Shown: piece by piece, positions 50,105-58,719 of the stretch | How positions within the stretch are numbered: the stretch's first letter is position 1 | Layout of the letters: every line of letters starts with the position of its first letter | Assembly: GCA_963662625.1 (NCBI GenBank) | Contig: OY759726.1 | Coordinates: 1,696,001 to 1,760,000 of the forward strand | Length of the DNA stretch: 64,000 nt | Direction of reading: 5' to 3' | From: Nitrosopumilus sp. | GTDB taxonomy: Archaea > Thermoproteota > Nitrososphaeria > Nitrososphaerales > Nitrosopumilaceae | Position numbers and translations under genes: made by a program | The notes under the pieces: generated by a model | The model's database searches: none | Told to the model about the DNA's origin: nothing | The model's input: the letters and a program-made list of their open reading frames with translations, nothing else

Positions 50105-50209
50105 ATGAACGTGCGCTTCGTCATAGTGGGCGTGATCCTCGGCGGGGCCGTGGCGCTGGCCTTCTTCATAGGCTCGCCCATGTTCGGCGGCTTTGACGCC
50201 CTGAGGTGA
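50105..50209 (+). CDS. 34-aa single-TM micropeptide
   Basis: MNVRFVIVGVILGGAVALAFFIGSPMFGGFDALR; TTTTTAT about 25 nt upstream. Confidence 0.55.
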   Translation: MNVRFVIVGVILGGAVALAFFIGSPMFGGFDALR

Positions 50210-50228
50210 CTCGCGGGCCCCCCGGGAG

Positions 50229-51362
50229 TCACCTGCCGATCCCGAACCTCCTTGCCGCCCTCTCAAAGGCGCCCGTGGCGAACTCGACGTCCTTTCCCGA
50301 CAGGCGCGCCGTCACGGATATCCTGAGCCTGGCCGACCCGCGGGGGACAGTGGGGTGCCTTATCGGCTGGACGAAGACGCCGTTGCGGTAGAGGAAGCCG
50401 GCCACCTCGACGGCCCTCCTCTCGTCCCCCACGACCAGCGGGATGATGTGCGTCTCCGACCCCACGTCGTAGCCGGCGTCCCTCAGCCCCCCGGCAAGCG
50501 CCCTGGTGTTCCGGAGCAGCCTCCCCCTGTAGGCCTCCCTGTCCGCGGCGAGCCTCCCCAGCGAGTGCTCCACCAGGAACGACGGCAGCGCGGACGTGTA
50601 GATGAACGGCCTCGACCTGTTCACGCACAGGTCTATGACGTCGGCGCGGGACGCGACGTACCCCCCGAAGGACCCCAGCGCCTTGCTCAGGCTGCTGACG
50701 TACACGTCGATCCTGCCGGCCACGCGCAGCTGGTCCGGGGTCCCCCTGCCGTCCCGCCCGACGGCAAAGTCGCCGTGCGCGTCGTCCAGCACGGTGATGG
50801 CGCCGGCCCCCCGCGCGAGCTCCGTTATCCTCCCCAGCTCCGCATAGTCGCCGTCCATGCTGAACACCCCCTCGGTGACGACGAACTTGTTGCCGGAACC
50901 GCGCCCCAGCTTCCGCTCCAGGTCGCCCATGTCGTTGTGCCCGTACACCTCGATCCTCGCGCCCGAGAGCCTGCACGCGTCCACGATGCTCGCGTGGTTG
51001 AGCTCGTCGCTGAGGATCAGGTCGCCCTTCCCGGCCAGGGCGGGGATGACCCCCGTGTTTGCCATGTACCCGGTCGGGTAGACCAGGCTGCCCCGGAACG
51101 ACTTGTGCCTCGCGAGGCGCCCCTCGAGCTCCCTGTACGACTCGTCGTTCCCGGACACCAGCCTCGAGCTCGACTGCATCTGGCGCGCGCGGCCGGACCC
51201 GGCCGGCATCCCCAGGTAGTCGTTGGAGCACAGGTTCAGCAGCGTCCTCGAGCCGATGGTGATGCGCGCGCCGCGGACGCGGCCGTACCGCATCCTCCTG
51301 TACAGGCCGTCCCGCTTCGCGTCGCGCAGCTGCCCGGCCACGAAGCCGAAGCTAGGCCTCAA
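50229..51362 (-). CDS. bioF: 8-amino-7-oxononanoate synthase
   Basis: SNDYLG, NHASIVD, EGVFSMDGD, SLSKALG. Confidence 0.93.
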   Translation of the reverse strand: MRPSFGFVAGQLRDAKRDGLYRRMRYGRVRGARITIGSRTLLNLCSNDYLGMPAGSGRARQMQSSSRLVSGNDESYRELEGRLARHKSFRGSLVYPTGYMANTGVIPALAGKGDLILSDELNHASIVDACRLSGARIEVYGHNDMGDLERKLGRGSGNKFVVTEGVFSMDGDYAELGRITELARGAGAITVLDDAHGDFAVGRDGRGTPDQLRVAGRIDVYVSSLSKALGSFGGYVASRADVIDLCVNRSRPFIYTSALPSFLVEHSLGRLAADREAYRGRLLRNTRALAGGLRDAGYDVGSETHIIPLVVGDERRAVEVAGFLYRNGVFVQPIRHPTVPRGSARLRISVTARLSGKDVEFATGAFERAARRFGIGR

Positions 51363-52332
51363 GCCCCACCTTTCTTATCATCCGCATGTCCCTTTCGGGC
51401 TCGTTGCCGCCCATGGTGAGGTAGCCCGACGTGATGATCCCGTTCGCTCCGCTGCGGAGGAGTTCCTCGCCGGAGTCGTCCAGGGCGGCCTCCCTGCCGC
51501 CGGAGATCTTTATCACGGACCCCGGCAGCAGGAACCTCATCGTCGAGAACATCCTCGTGATCTCCTGCTTCGGGAGCGGCGCCTGCAGCTCGAGCGGGGT
51601 CCCCGGCACGGGCACCAGTATGTTTATCGTGACCTCCTCGGGGCGCAGCGCGGCGATCTCCATGCACAGTTCCAGCCGCTGCCGCCTGGTCTCGCCCAGC
51701 CCTATTATCCCCCCGGTGCAGAGCTCCAGCCCGGCCTCCCTCGCCGTCTTCAGGGTGTCCACCCTGTCCTGGTACGCGTGGGTCGTGCAGATCTCGGCGA
51801 ACTTTGACCGCGCCGTCTCCAGGTTGTGGTTGTAGCGCCTGACGCCCAGCCCCTTGAGCCTCGCGGCCTGCCCGCGCGTCAGGAACCCCAGGCTGCACTC
51901 TATGCCGATGCCCACCCTGCGGTTGACCTCCTCGATGATGCCGCACACCTTCTCAAAGTCCCCCGCGGACGGCTCCCTCCACGCGGCCACCAGGCAGTAC
52001 GACCCGGCGCCCTCGTCCCTTGCCTTCTCGGCCCTCCGCACCACCTCCTCGGGCGGCGGCAGCTGCCACGAGCCGACGCCGGTGTCGAAGAACGCCGACT
52101 GGCCGCAGAACGAGCAGTCCTCGCTGCACCCGTTCTTCTTGATGTTGTTCAGCTGCTCGACGTCGACCCTGTCCCCGTTGACCCTGCGGGTGATCTCGTC
52201 GGCGGCCCCGGCCAGCAGGCCCAGGTCCCCCTCGGGCAGGCAGAACAGCTCCTCGGCCTCCCCGGCGGATATCCCCTCCCCCGAGAGCGCCTTTGCCTGG
52301 CAATGCATGACTAGTCCCAGCACGCTGCCCAT
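51352..52332 (-). CDS. bioB: Biotin synthase
   Basis: CSEDCSFC, YNHNLET. Confidence 0.96.
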   Translation of the reverse strand: MGSVLGLVMHCQAKALSGEGISAGEAEELFCLPEGDLGLLAGAADEITRRVNGDRVDVEQLNNIKKNGCSEDCSFCGQSAFFDTGVGSWQLPPPEEVVRRAEKARDEGAGSYCLVAAWREPSAGDFEKVCGIIEEVNRRVGIGIECSLGFLTRGQAARLKGLGVRRYNHNLETARSKFAEICTTHAYQDRVDTLKTAREAGLELCTGGIIGLGETRRQRLELCMEIAALRPEEVTINILVPVPGTPLELQAPLPKQEITRMFSTMRFLLPGSVIKISGGREAALDDSGEELLRSGANGIITSGYLTMGGNEPERDMRMIRKVGLEA

Positions 52333-52397
52333 GACCCCAGTCGGCCGCGCCCGCTAATTAAGACTATTGGAAAGGTTAACCCGCGCGAGCCGGCCGG

Positions 52398-53693
52398 TTA
52401 ACGGCGCTCGCGCGCCGCGGCCCTGACCGTCCGGACCGCCCTGTCCACCAGCATGCCGAGCTCGCCCTCGGAGATGGCAAGCGGCGGAACCAGCATGACG
52501 ATGTTGCCCAGCGTGCGGAGGTATATGCCGTTCTTGCGCCCCAGCTCGTAGATCACCCTGTTGGGCGACCGCCTCGAGCGCGCCGCGGCCGCCCCGCCGG
52601 CCAGCTCTATCCCCATGAGCATCCCCGCGTGCCTCACGTCTGCCACCCCGTCCAGGGACTCGATCTCGGCGCGGCGCTCCCCGAGGACCCTGGACGTCCT
52701 CCGGACCCGCCTGATGAGGCCGTGCCTCTCGTACATCCCCAGGTTCTCGTTTGCCACCGCCGCCGCCAGCGGGTTGCCGGTATACGTGTGCCCGTGGAAC
52801 AGGTGCCTCCGGTCGCCAAAGTCCCCCAGGAACGAGTCGTACACCCTCTTCGTGGCAAGCGTCGCGGCCATGCCGACGTATCCCCCGGTCAGCATCTTCC
52901 CGAACGACACGACGTCCGGCCTGGACCCCTGGGCCGCGTACTCTGCCATGGAGCCCAGCCGCCCCAGCCCCGTGGCCACCTCGTCGAGGACCAGCAGCAC
53001 CCCGTGCCTCCTGCAGATCCTGGAGACCTCCCGCTGGAACCCCTTCGGGTATATGGCGACCCCGCCGGCCACCTGCGCGCCGCTCTCCATCACCAGCGCC
53101 GCGACGGCGTCGTTCCTGCCGAGCTCCGCCTCGATCATGCCCAGGCACTGCTGGGACGAGAGCTCCCTGGGCGCGCCGTACCTGCCGGGAACCGGGAACC
53201 GGATCGTCCCGAACAGGTGGTCCCTGAACCCGCCGAAGAACTCTGGCACGTACCCCACCGACATGGCCCCGAAAGTGTCCCCGTGGTAGCCGTTCTCCAG
53301 CGCCGCGATCGCGGTCCTGCCCCTGCGGCCCTCGTTCCTCCAGTACTGCAGCGCGATCTTGAACGCGACCTCCATCGCCGTCGAGCCGTTGTCAGAAAAG
53401 AACACCCTGTGCATGCCGGGGCTCATCGCGGCAAGCGACGAGGCCAGCCGCTCTGCCGGCTCGTTTGTCAGGTTGAACATCGGGGAGTGCTGCAGCCTCT
53501 CCGCCTGGGCGCGCAGCGCCCGCACGAGCTCGGGCCTGGAGTGGCCCCACACGTTGCACCACATGGACGCCACGGCGTCGATCATCCGGTGCCCGGACGA
53601 GTCCGTCAGCCACATCCCCTTGGCGCTGACTATCCTGTCAAAGGAGCCCCACTCCCCCATCTGGGTGTTTGGGTGCCAGACCGAACTCTCCAA
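52398..53693 (-). CDS. bioA: DAPA aminotransferase
   Basis: WHPNTQM, YHGDT, DEVATG, GKMLTGG, HGHTYTGNP; start uncertain. Confidence 0.94.
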   Translation of the reverse strand: MESSVWHPNTQMGEWGSFDRIVSAKGMWLTDSSGHRMIDAVASMWCNVWGHSRPELVRALRAQAERLQHSPMFNLTNEPAERLASSLAAMSPGMHRVFFSDNGSTAMEVAFKIALQYWRNEGRRGRTAIAALENGYHGDTFGAMSVGYVPEFFGGFRDHLFGTIRFPVPGRYGAPRELSSQQCLGMIEAELGRNDAVAALVMESGAQVAGGVAIYPKGFQREVSRICRRHGVLLVLDEVATGLGRLGSMAEYAAQGSRPDVVSFGKMLTGGYVGMAATLATKRVYDSFLGDFGDRRHLFHGHTYTGNPLAAAVANENLGMYERHGLIRRVRRTSRVLGERRAEIESLDGVADVRHAGMLMGIELAGGAAAARSRRSPNRVIYELGRKNGIYLRTLGNIVMLVPPLAISEGELGMLVDRAVRTVRAAARERR

Positions 53694-53807
53694 CTGGTTC
53701 CGTACGCCGGCTGATCTTAATAACCAACCGGTGGCCCGGGCGGCGCCCGGGGGCCGCCCGGCGGGCCGGGGGCGCGGGCGGGACACGCGGTTCCGGACTT
53801 ATATAAC

Positions 53808-54134
53808 ATGGGGCCGGAGTCATGCCTGATGGGCAAGTCCGGAAAGGCTGCAGAGTCCGACGACCTGGAATGGGCGTCATACATGCCGGTCAAGTACAGG
53901 ATCCTCATACGCTTCAAGTACCGGGACATCCTGCTGACCGCCGAGCGCGTCGAAAGGGAGATGCCCCCGGAATTCGGGATCCCTATAGCGGAGCTGCTGC
54001 GGAAGAAGGCCGAGACGATAAAGGCGCTGGCCACCAACGGCTTTACCGACTGGAGCGACTGGGATCGCCTCGCCCTGGACATAAAGCCCCCGGGAAGGTG
54101 GCGCAGCCTGCGGCAGAGGCTGCTGGGGTACTAG
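53808..54134 (+). CDS. Hypothetical protein
   Basis: 108-aa ORF with host-like codon usage; TTATATAA at ~53799, so the true start may be 53829. Confidence 0.65.
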   Translation: MGPESCLMGKSGKAAESDDLEWASYMPVKYRILIRFKYRDILLTAERVEREMPPEFGIPIAELLRKKAETIKALATNGFTDWSDWDRLALDIKPPGRWRSLRQRLLGY

Positions 54135-54259
54135 CCCGGCGTGGTTCTGCCACGCGGGTGCGTGGTACTAGAGTGGCGCTCACAGATAATTTCCCCCTGA
54201 GAGGGGGCACTGCAGAAAAGCCTGCTGATCGCCGGATCGCCTAACCGCCCACGGGCGAG

Positions 54260-54480
54260 ACCGGCAGGAAACTGCGGTACCTGACGTGGGCCATGCGCGC
54301 AGGGAGGGACACCAGGATCCGCAACAGGATGATGGCAGTGCGCGGGGTGCTAGGCGGATACCCCGCGGGGGACGCCGCGTGCCTTACAGACGTGGAACGG
54401 CGCACCGTCCGCCCGTGGGCTGGACGGAGCCGGGCGCGGCGCCCTCCGACCCCCCCCCCCGGCAGCGCGGCCCATGGCCC
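54260..54480 (+). pseudogene. IS630-like transposase N-terminal HTH remnant
   Basis: RDTRIRNRMMAVRGVLGGYPAGDAACLTDVERRTVRPW resembles the IS630 HTH; truncated. Confidence 0.55.
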
Positions 54481-54925
54481 GGCCGAGGAAGAAGGCCGGC
54501 AGGGCGGGCGTGACAATACCGGCGGACCTGCCCCGGGGCGGGTACGCCGCGGCGTGCCACGTCCCGGACGGGGGGACCGCGCAGGAGGGGACGCGCTTCA
54601 GGGACCCGGCGCGCGTGATACTCACGCAAGGGCGGGCCAGGATCCCCGGGGCGCCGTTCTCGCGGGCGTACGTGCGGGAGCTGCGTGGGTTGGGGGACCG
54701 GGTGCCCGGCAGGCACGCGGGCGGGTACAGTGGGGCCGTCACGTCCTACAGGCCCTCCGCGTACGGGAGATCCGGCCCCGGGGGCGCCACCGGCCGTGCC
54801 GGGCCCGCGGGCCGCGGGAGCTACGGCGCGCAGTGGAGAGGAAGGGGCTGCGGCGCGCGCCGTGGAGCCGGTAGCAGTCCCGGGCAGGCACTCGGCGCAT
54901 GTGCGCCGCGCTTCCTGGCCGTGGA

Positions 54926-56060
54926 TGCGTAGTGATCACATTAGATAATCGCTCATCTTGGCGGCCTTGATCTCCCCCGTGCATGGCATCGTCCCTACTG
55001 GTTCCTTCATCTCGTCGGCCGACCCGCACGGCCCGTTGGCGGCGTGCAGCCCCGTGTTGCGCCACTGTCCCCCTGCCGGGCTGGGGTCTGGCGCGTGGGC
55101 GGGAAAGTGCCCGGGCACGACGTCCCCGCCGTGGCCCCTGACGGCTCCCGTCACCTTGCGCGACTTGTGGCAGCCCGCGTTGTCCGCAAGGACGGGCACC
55201 TTCCCGAACTTCCTGCGGAGCCTGCCGGGAAAGTCCGAGAAGATGTCCCCGTTTGCCCTGTAGCAGGACGAGAGGCGGAACCCGTCCCGGCGCGGCGCGC
55301 CAAGCGGGCAGGACCCCTGCCCCGGCAGCGCGGGCGGGGCCGTGGCCCCGGCGCCCCGGGGCGCCCGCGCCCTCTTCTGCACCAGCCCGGTCACGTGGGA
55401 CGCCCCGTCCTGGGCGACGACGGCGTACCCCCCGGGGAGCAGTGCGAGACGACGCGCCTTGCTTTTTTTCAAGCTCCCTCCGCCCTGGTCCCGGGGCCGG
55501 CTTGGGGTGCCTGGGCCGGGGGGCCTGCCCCGGGGAGCCGATCCTGCGCGGCGCCTCGCGTGTCCACGGCGTCCCGTGCCGCGCCCCGAACCTCCTCTCC
55601 ATGCGGGCCGCCAGGAGGCGGGCGGCCCGCGGGCCAGACCCGAACCCGAACCCCTGCGGGCCCGCGAGGAGGTCTTTCCCGGGCTGCCCCGGCTGCGGCC
55701 CGCCCGGCTTCGGTGGGGCGCCGGGCCTCCTCTCGCCGTGCCTGCCGCGGGTCCCCGTCTGCATGGCGCGCACGGGCCACCCGCGCACCGTGTAGGGCCG
55801 GTCCGGCGCCCCGCCTGCCGGGCGCATGGGCGCGCCCCCCTTGCGCATGACGTGCGCGGGCAGCCGCGCGCGTGCCTTTGGATCCTTTTCCGTCCTGTGG
55901 ATCTTCCCGGGGTACCCAGCCCCGGTCTTGGGAAGGAACACCCTACCTGTTGGCATGATGATGTCTTTCATGTGTAGCGTCAGGCTTGCCGCGATCCGGG
56001 CCTTTCGGCCTGGTATCGTTGGCTGTTTTGTGGGCGATTATTAGTTGGGATTACTACGCA
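54926..56060 (-). mobile_element. Decayed IS630-family element (~1.1 kb) with terminal inverted repeats
   Basis: EKDPKARARL...TVRGW (HTH), AQDG (DE), ADNAGCHKS, PAHAPDPSPAG (PxYSPxLNPIE-like); A7 run at ~55463; IRs at 54926-54952 and 56034-56060 match 21/27. Confidence 0.82.
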
Positions 56061-56232
56061 ACCTGCCGTTCGGGCACGGGGACACCGGGGGCACCGCGCC
56101 TGCCCCAGTGGCGGGCAGGCTGCAGGCTCTGCTGCCCCACCCGTCCACGTTCCCGGGGCACGGGGGGCTGGGCCCACGAACAGCACTCCCTGACAAAATA
56201 ATTATTTATAAGGCACCTGTAGAATTGATCAC

Positions 56233-56514
56233 ATGATGTCGGCCATGCCACAAGGACAGCTGACTAGCTTGTCTAACGTCTCTGAACATGGCTCAAGTAC
56301 ATCCCAGACCGATACACCTGAAGCTGAAATCTATCACGTAAAGTTAGCGCAAGACGAAGACGGACGCTTTGTGGCCACGGTTCCTGAATTACAGGGGGCG
56401 GTTTCTGACGGTGCGACGAAGGATGAGGCAATAACCAATGTTCACGAAGCGGTTGAAGCCATGTTGGAGTCGCGGGGGCAGCAAAAAGTGTTTATGTTGA
56501 TTGCTGCCGGATAA
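56233..56514 (+). CDS. hicB: HicB-family antitoxin
   Basis: DEDGRFVATVPELQGAVSDGATKDEAITNVHEAV. Confidence 0.88.
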   Translation: MMSAMPQGQLTSLSNVSEHGSSTSQTDTPEAEIYHVKLAQDEDGRFVATVPELQGAVSDGATKDEAITNVHEAVEAMLESRGQQKVFMLIAAG

Positions 56515-56519
56515 CTCAT

Positions 56520-56746
56520 GTGACAAAATTCCCAGCAATTTCTTCGAATGATTTAATCAAGTTTTTAGCCACATTAGGTTATCAACACGATCACCAAAAG
56601 GGCGATCATGTTATTTTAAAAAAGACGGTTTCAGGAGACTTTCGGTTCCTCGACGCAAAGAGGTAGGCAAAGGACTACTCTCAACAATTCTAGCAGAGGT
56701 ACAAAGTAGCAAAGATGATCTCCTTTCTTGGCGGAATGGTGAATAA
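56520..56746 (+). pseudogene. hicA: HicA-family toxin split by a -1 frameshift at 56618-56624
   Basis: Frame 0: VTKFPAISSNDLIKFLATLGYQHDHQKGDHVILKK. Frame -1: DGFRRLSVPRRKEVGKGLLSTILAEVQSSKDDLL. Confidence 0.82.
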
Positions 56747-56821
56747 GCATAGCACATATAGGCAACATTCTGGCGATACAGTCATGATCCCAGAAGAAGA
56801 AATTAAAAAAAATTAGTTGAC

Positions 56822-57238
56822 ATGGGATATATTCTAGCAAAGCCAAGAGTGTTGTATCCCAGTTATTACAAACTAACTGACGGAACCATAGTTAGAGCAC
56901 TAATTAATGTCCATCATTTGGTTTTGGACCCTCAAACACCTCAAGGATTTACCGTGAATTCTACAAACTTAATAAGTGCGTTCGTACCAAAAGAAAAAAG
57001 ACGCCCGGAGTTGTTCCAGCACTTCGATCCGGCAGAATTGATGAAAGATCCTGTAGATGAGGACGTTGAGTTTGAAGTACTGCGTGAAAACTTTAGCGTG
57101 TACGATCTCAGCAACGGCATGCTGTTAAGCGTAAAAACTGTTGCAGGCCAAATAGTCAAATCCAGATATCATACGCGAGAGGGAGAACCAATATACAATA
57201 TCGGCACCAGCCCAATCCTCAAAACTAAAAAGCCCTAG
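56822..57238 (+). CDS. Hypothetical protein with internal duplication (low GC)
   Basis: YKLTDGTIV and YDLSNGMLL half-repeats; C-terminal GEPIY. Confidence 0.75.
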   Translation: MGYILAKPRVLYPSYYKLTDGTIVRALINVHHLVLDPQTPQGFTVNSTNLISAFVPKEKRRPELFQHFDPAELMKDPVDEDVEFEVLRENFSVYDLSNGMLLSVKTVAGQIVKSRYHTREGEPIYNIGTSPILKTKKP

Positions 57239-57485
57239 TCATCGGCGAAAAAACCACCCCTGCGTCCTTGGATGCAAGTTGCCCACGGGGGCAAAAACCC
57301 GCATTTTTTGGCCTTCGCATAATGAAAGAAAAGGATACCGGTACGCCTGCCGGCCGCCTCGCCGCGGACCGGCTTTCTGGCCCAGCATCCCCGTGCGGGC
57401 CCGGGCCCGCGGTGGCGCGCCGTCCGCGCGCGGCGCCCCGGCCCCCCACCGACGGGTTAATCAACCAAGCGGCCCACACCACCGT

Positions 57486-58193
57486 ATGGACTCGCTGTTT
57501 GTCACCGGGACGGACACCGACGTGGGCAAGACGTACGTGGCGGCGGGGCTGGCCGCTGCGGCACGCATGATGGGCGCCGACGTGGGCGTCATGAAGCCGT
57601 TTGCCGCCGGCTCCGCCGGGCGGGGCAGGTACGCGTCGGACGACGCGGGGATCCTGTCGGAGGCCGCCGGGTCGGACGATCCCGAGTCCCTGGTGAACCC
57701 CCAGTTCTTCCCGATCCCCGCGTCGCCGTACACCGCGTGGAAGCGCCTGAAGACGAGGCCGAGGGTCAGGACCGTCCTGTCCCGCTTCAGGAGGCTGCAG
57801 AAGATGCACCAGGTGGTGGTCGTGGAGGGGATGGGCGGGGTCATGACTCCCATCCTGGGGGACTATTACGTCGCGGACCTGATCAGGGACATGGGCATCC
57901 CTGCGGTGGTCGTGGCGGGCAGCAGGATAGGCACCGTCAACCACACCGTCATGACCTGCCACGCGTGCAGGGAGCGCGGGATCCCGCTGAGGGGGATAGT
58001 AATCAACGCGTTCGGCGGGGGCTACCGGGCCGCGGATCTCGCCCGGGACCTGGAGGGCCTAACCGGGGAGAGGGTCGTGGGGACGATCCCCGCCATCAGG
58101 GACCTGGGGGGCCCGTCCCTCTACCGGGCGTTCAGGAGGAACGTGGACCTGGAGGCGCTGCTAGGGGCGCGGATCAGATCCCCAGGATCCTGA
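57486..58193 (+). CDS. bioD: Dethiobiotin synthase
   Basis: FVTGTDTDVGKT, VEGMGG, GTVNHT. Confidence 0.95.
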   Translation: MDSLFVTGTDTDVGKTYVAAGLAAAARMMGADVGVMKPFAAGSAGRGRYASDDAGILSEAAGSDDPESLVNPQFFPIPASPYTAWKRLKTRPRVRTVLSRFRRLQKMHQVVVVEGMGGVMTPILGDYYVADLIRDMGIPAVVVAGSRIGTVNHTVMTCHACRERGIPLRGIVINAFGGGYRAADLARDLEGLTGERVVGTIPAIRDLGGPSLYRAFRRNVDLEALLGARIRSPGS

Positions 58194-58719
58194 ACCCCCC
58201 GTGGCCGTGCTCGGCCGCGAACCGCGCGATGTCGTCGGCGATGCCGCGGAAGGAGCCGCCGTCGGCAGAGACGACGTACGTCCTGCACCCCAGCCCCATG
58301 TCCCCGGGCAGCACCGCCCAGATGTTCCTCGCCTCCGGCTGCGCCCGCCGCAGCAGCTCCATCCTTCCGGCCGCGGCGCCCCTGTCGCGGTCGGCTGGGA
58401 TGAACAGCACTAGCGCCCTGCCGGGATCGGCCCCCAGCGTCTTCAGGTCGGGCACGACGACGTCTATCTCCGCCCCGCGGAACTCCACCTTCCTCTGGCT
58501 CGGGATCATCGCGCGGGTGAGGACGTAGTGCAGTATGCCAGTGGCCAGGATCCCGGCGGCCCACCCACCTCCGAGGCGCTCCACGGCGCCGTGGCACCCC
58601 GACACCATGTCGCCGATGGCGTCCCCGAGCCTCCCCCGCGACATCATCCGCGACAGCCTCTCCTCGTTCTCCCCTATGTAGCCAAACAGGAGCTCCTTGG
58701 CCCGGTCCTGGCCCGCCAT
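58174..58719 (-). CDS. Hypothetical protein
   Basis: Start overlaps the HMG-CoA synthase stop (TGATG); LHYVLT...IPSQRK...IDVVVPD. Confidence 0.75.
   Translation of the reverse strand: MAGQDRAKELLFGYIGENEERLSRMMSRGRLGDAIGDMVSGCHGAVERLGGGWAAGILATGILHYVLTRAMIPSQRKVEFRGAEIDVVVPDLKTLGADPGRALVLFIPADRDRGAAAGRMELLRRAQPEARNIWAVLPGDMGLGCRTYVVSADGGSFRGIADDIARFAAEHGHGGFRILGI

Noticed and set aside
54474-54932. ORF MARPRKKAGRAGVTIPADL..., possibly a decayed gene
   Set aside because: The family is not identifiable and its composition matches GC-decayed DNA.
50229-58193. Biotin ring-assembly genes in an archaeon
   Set aside because: bioABDF are already known from Thaumarchaeota.
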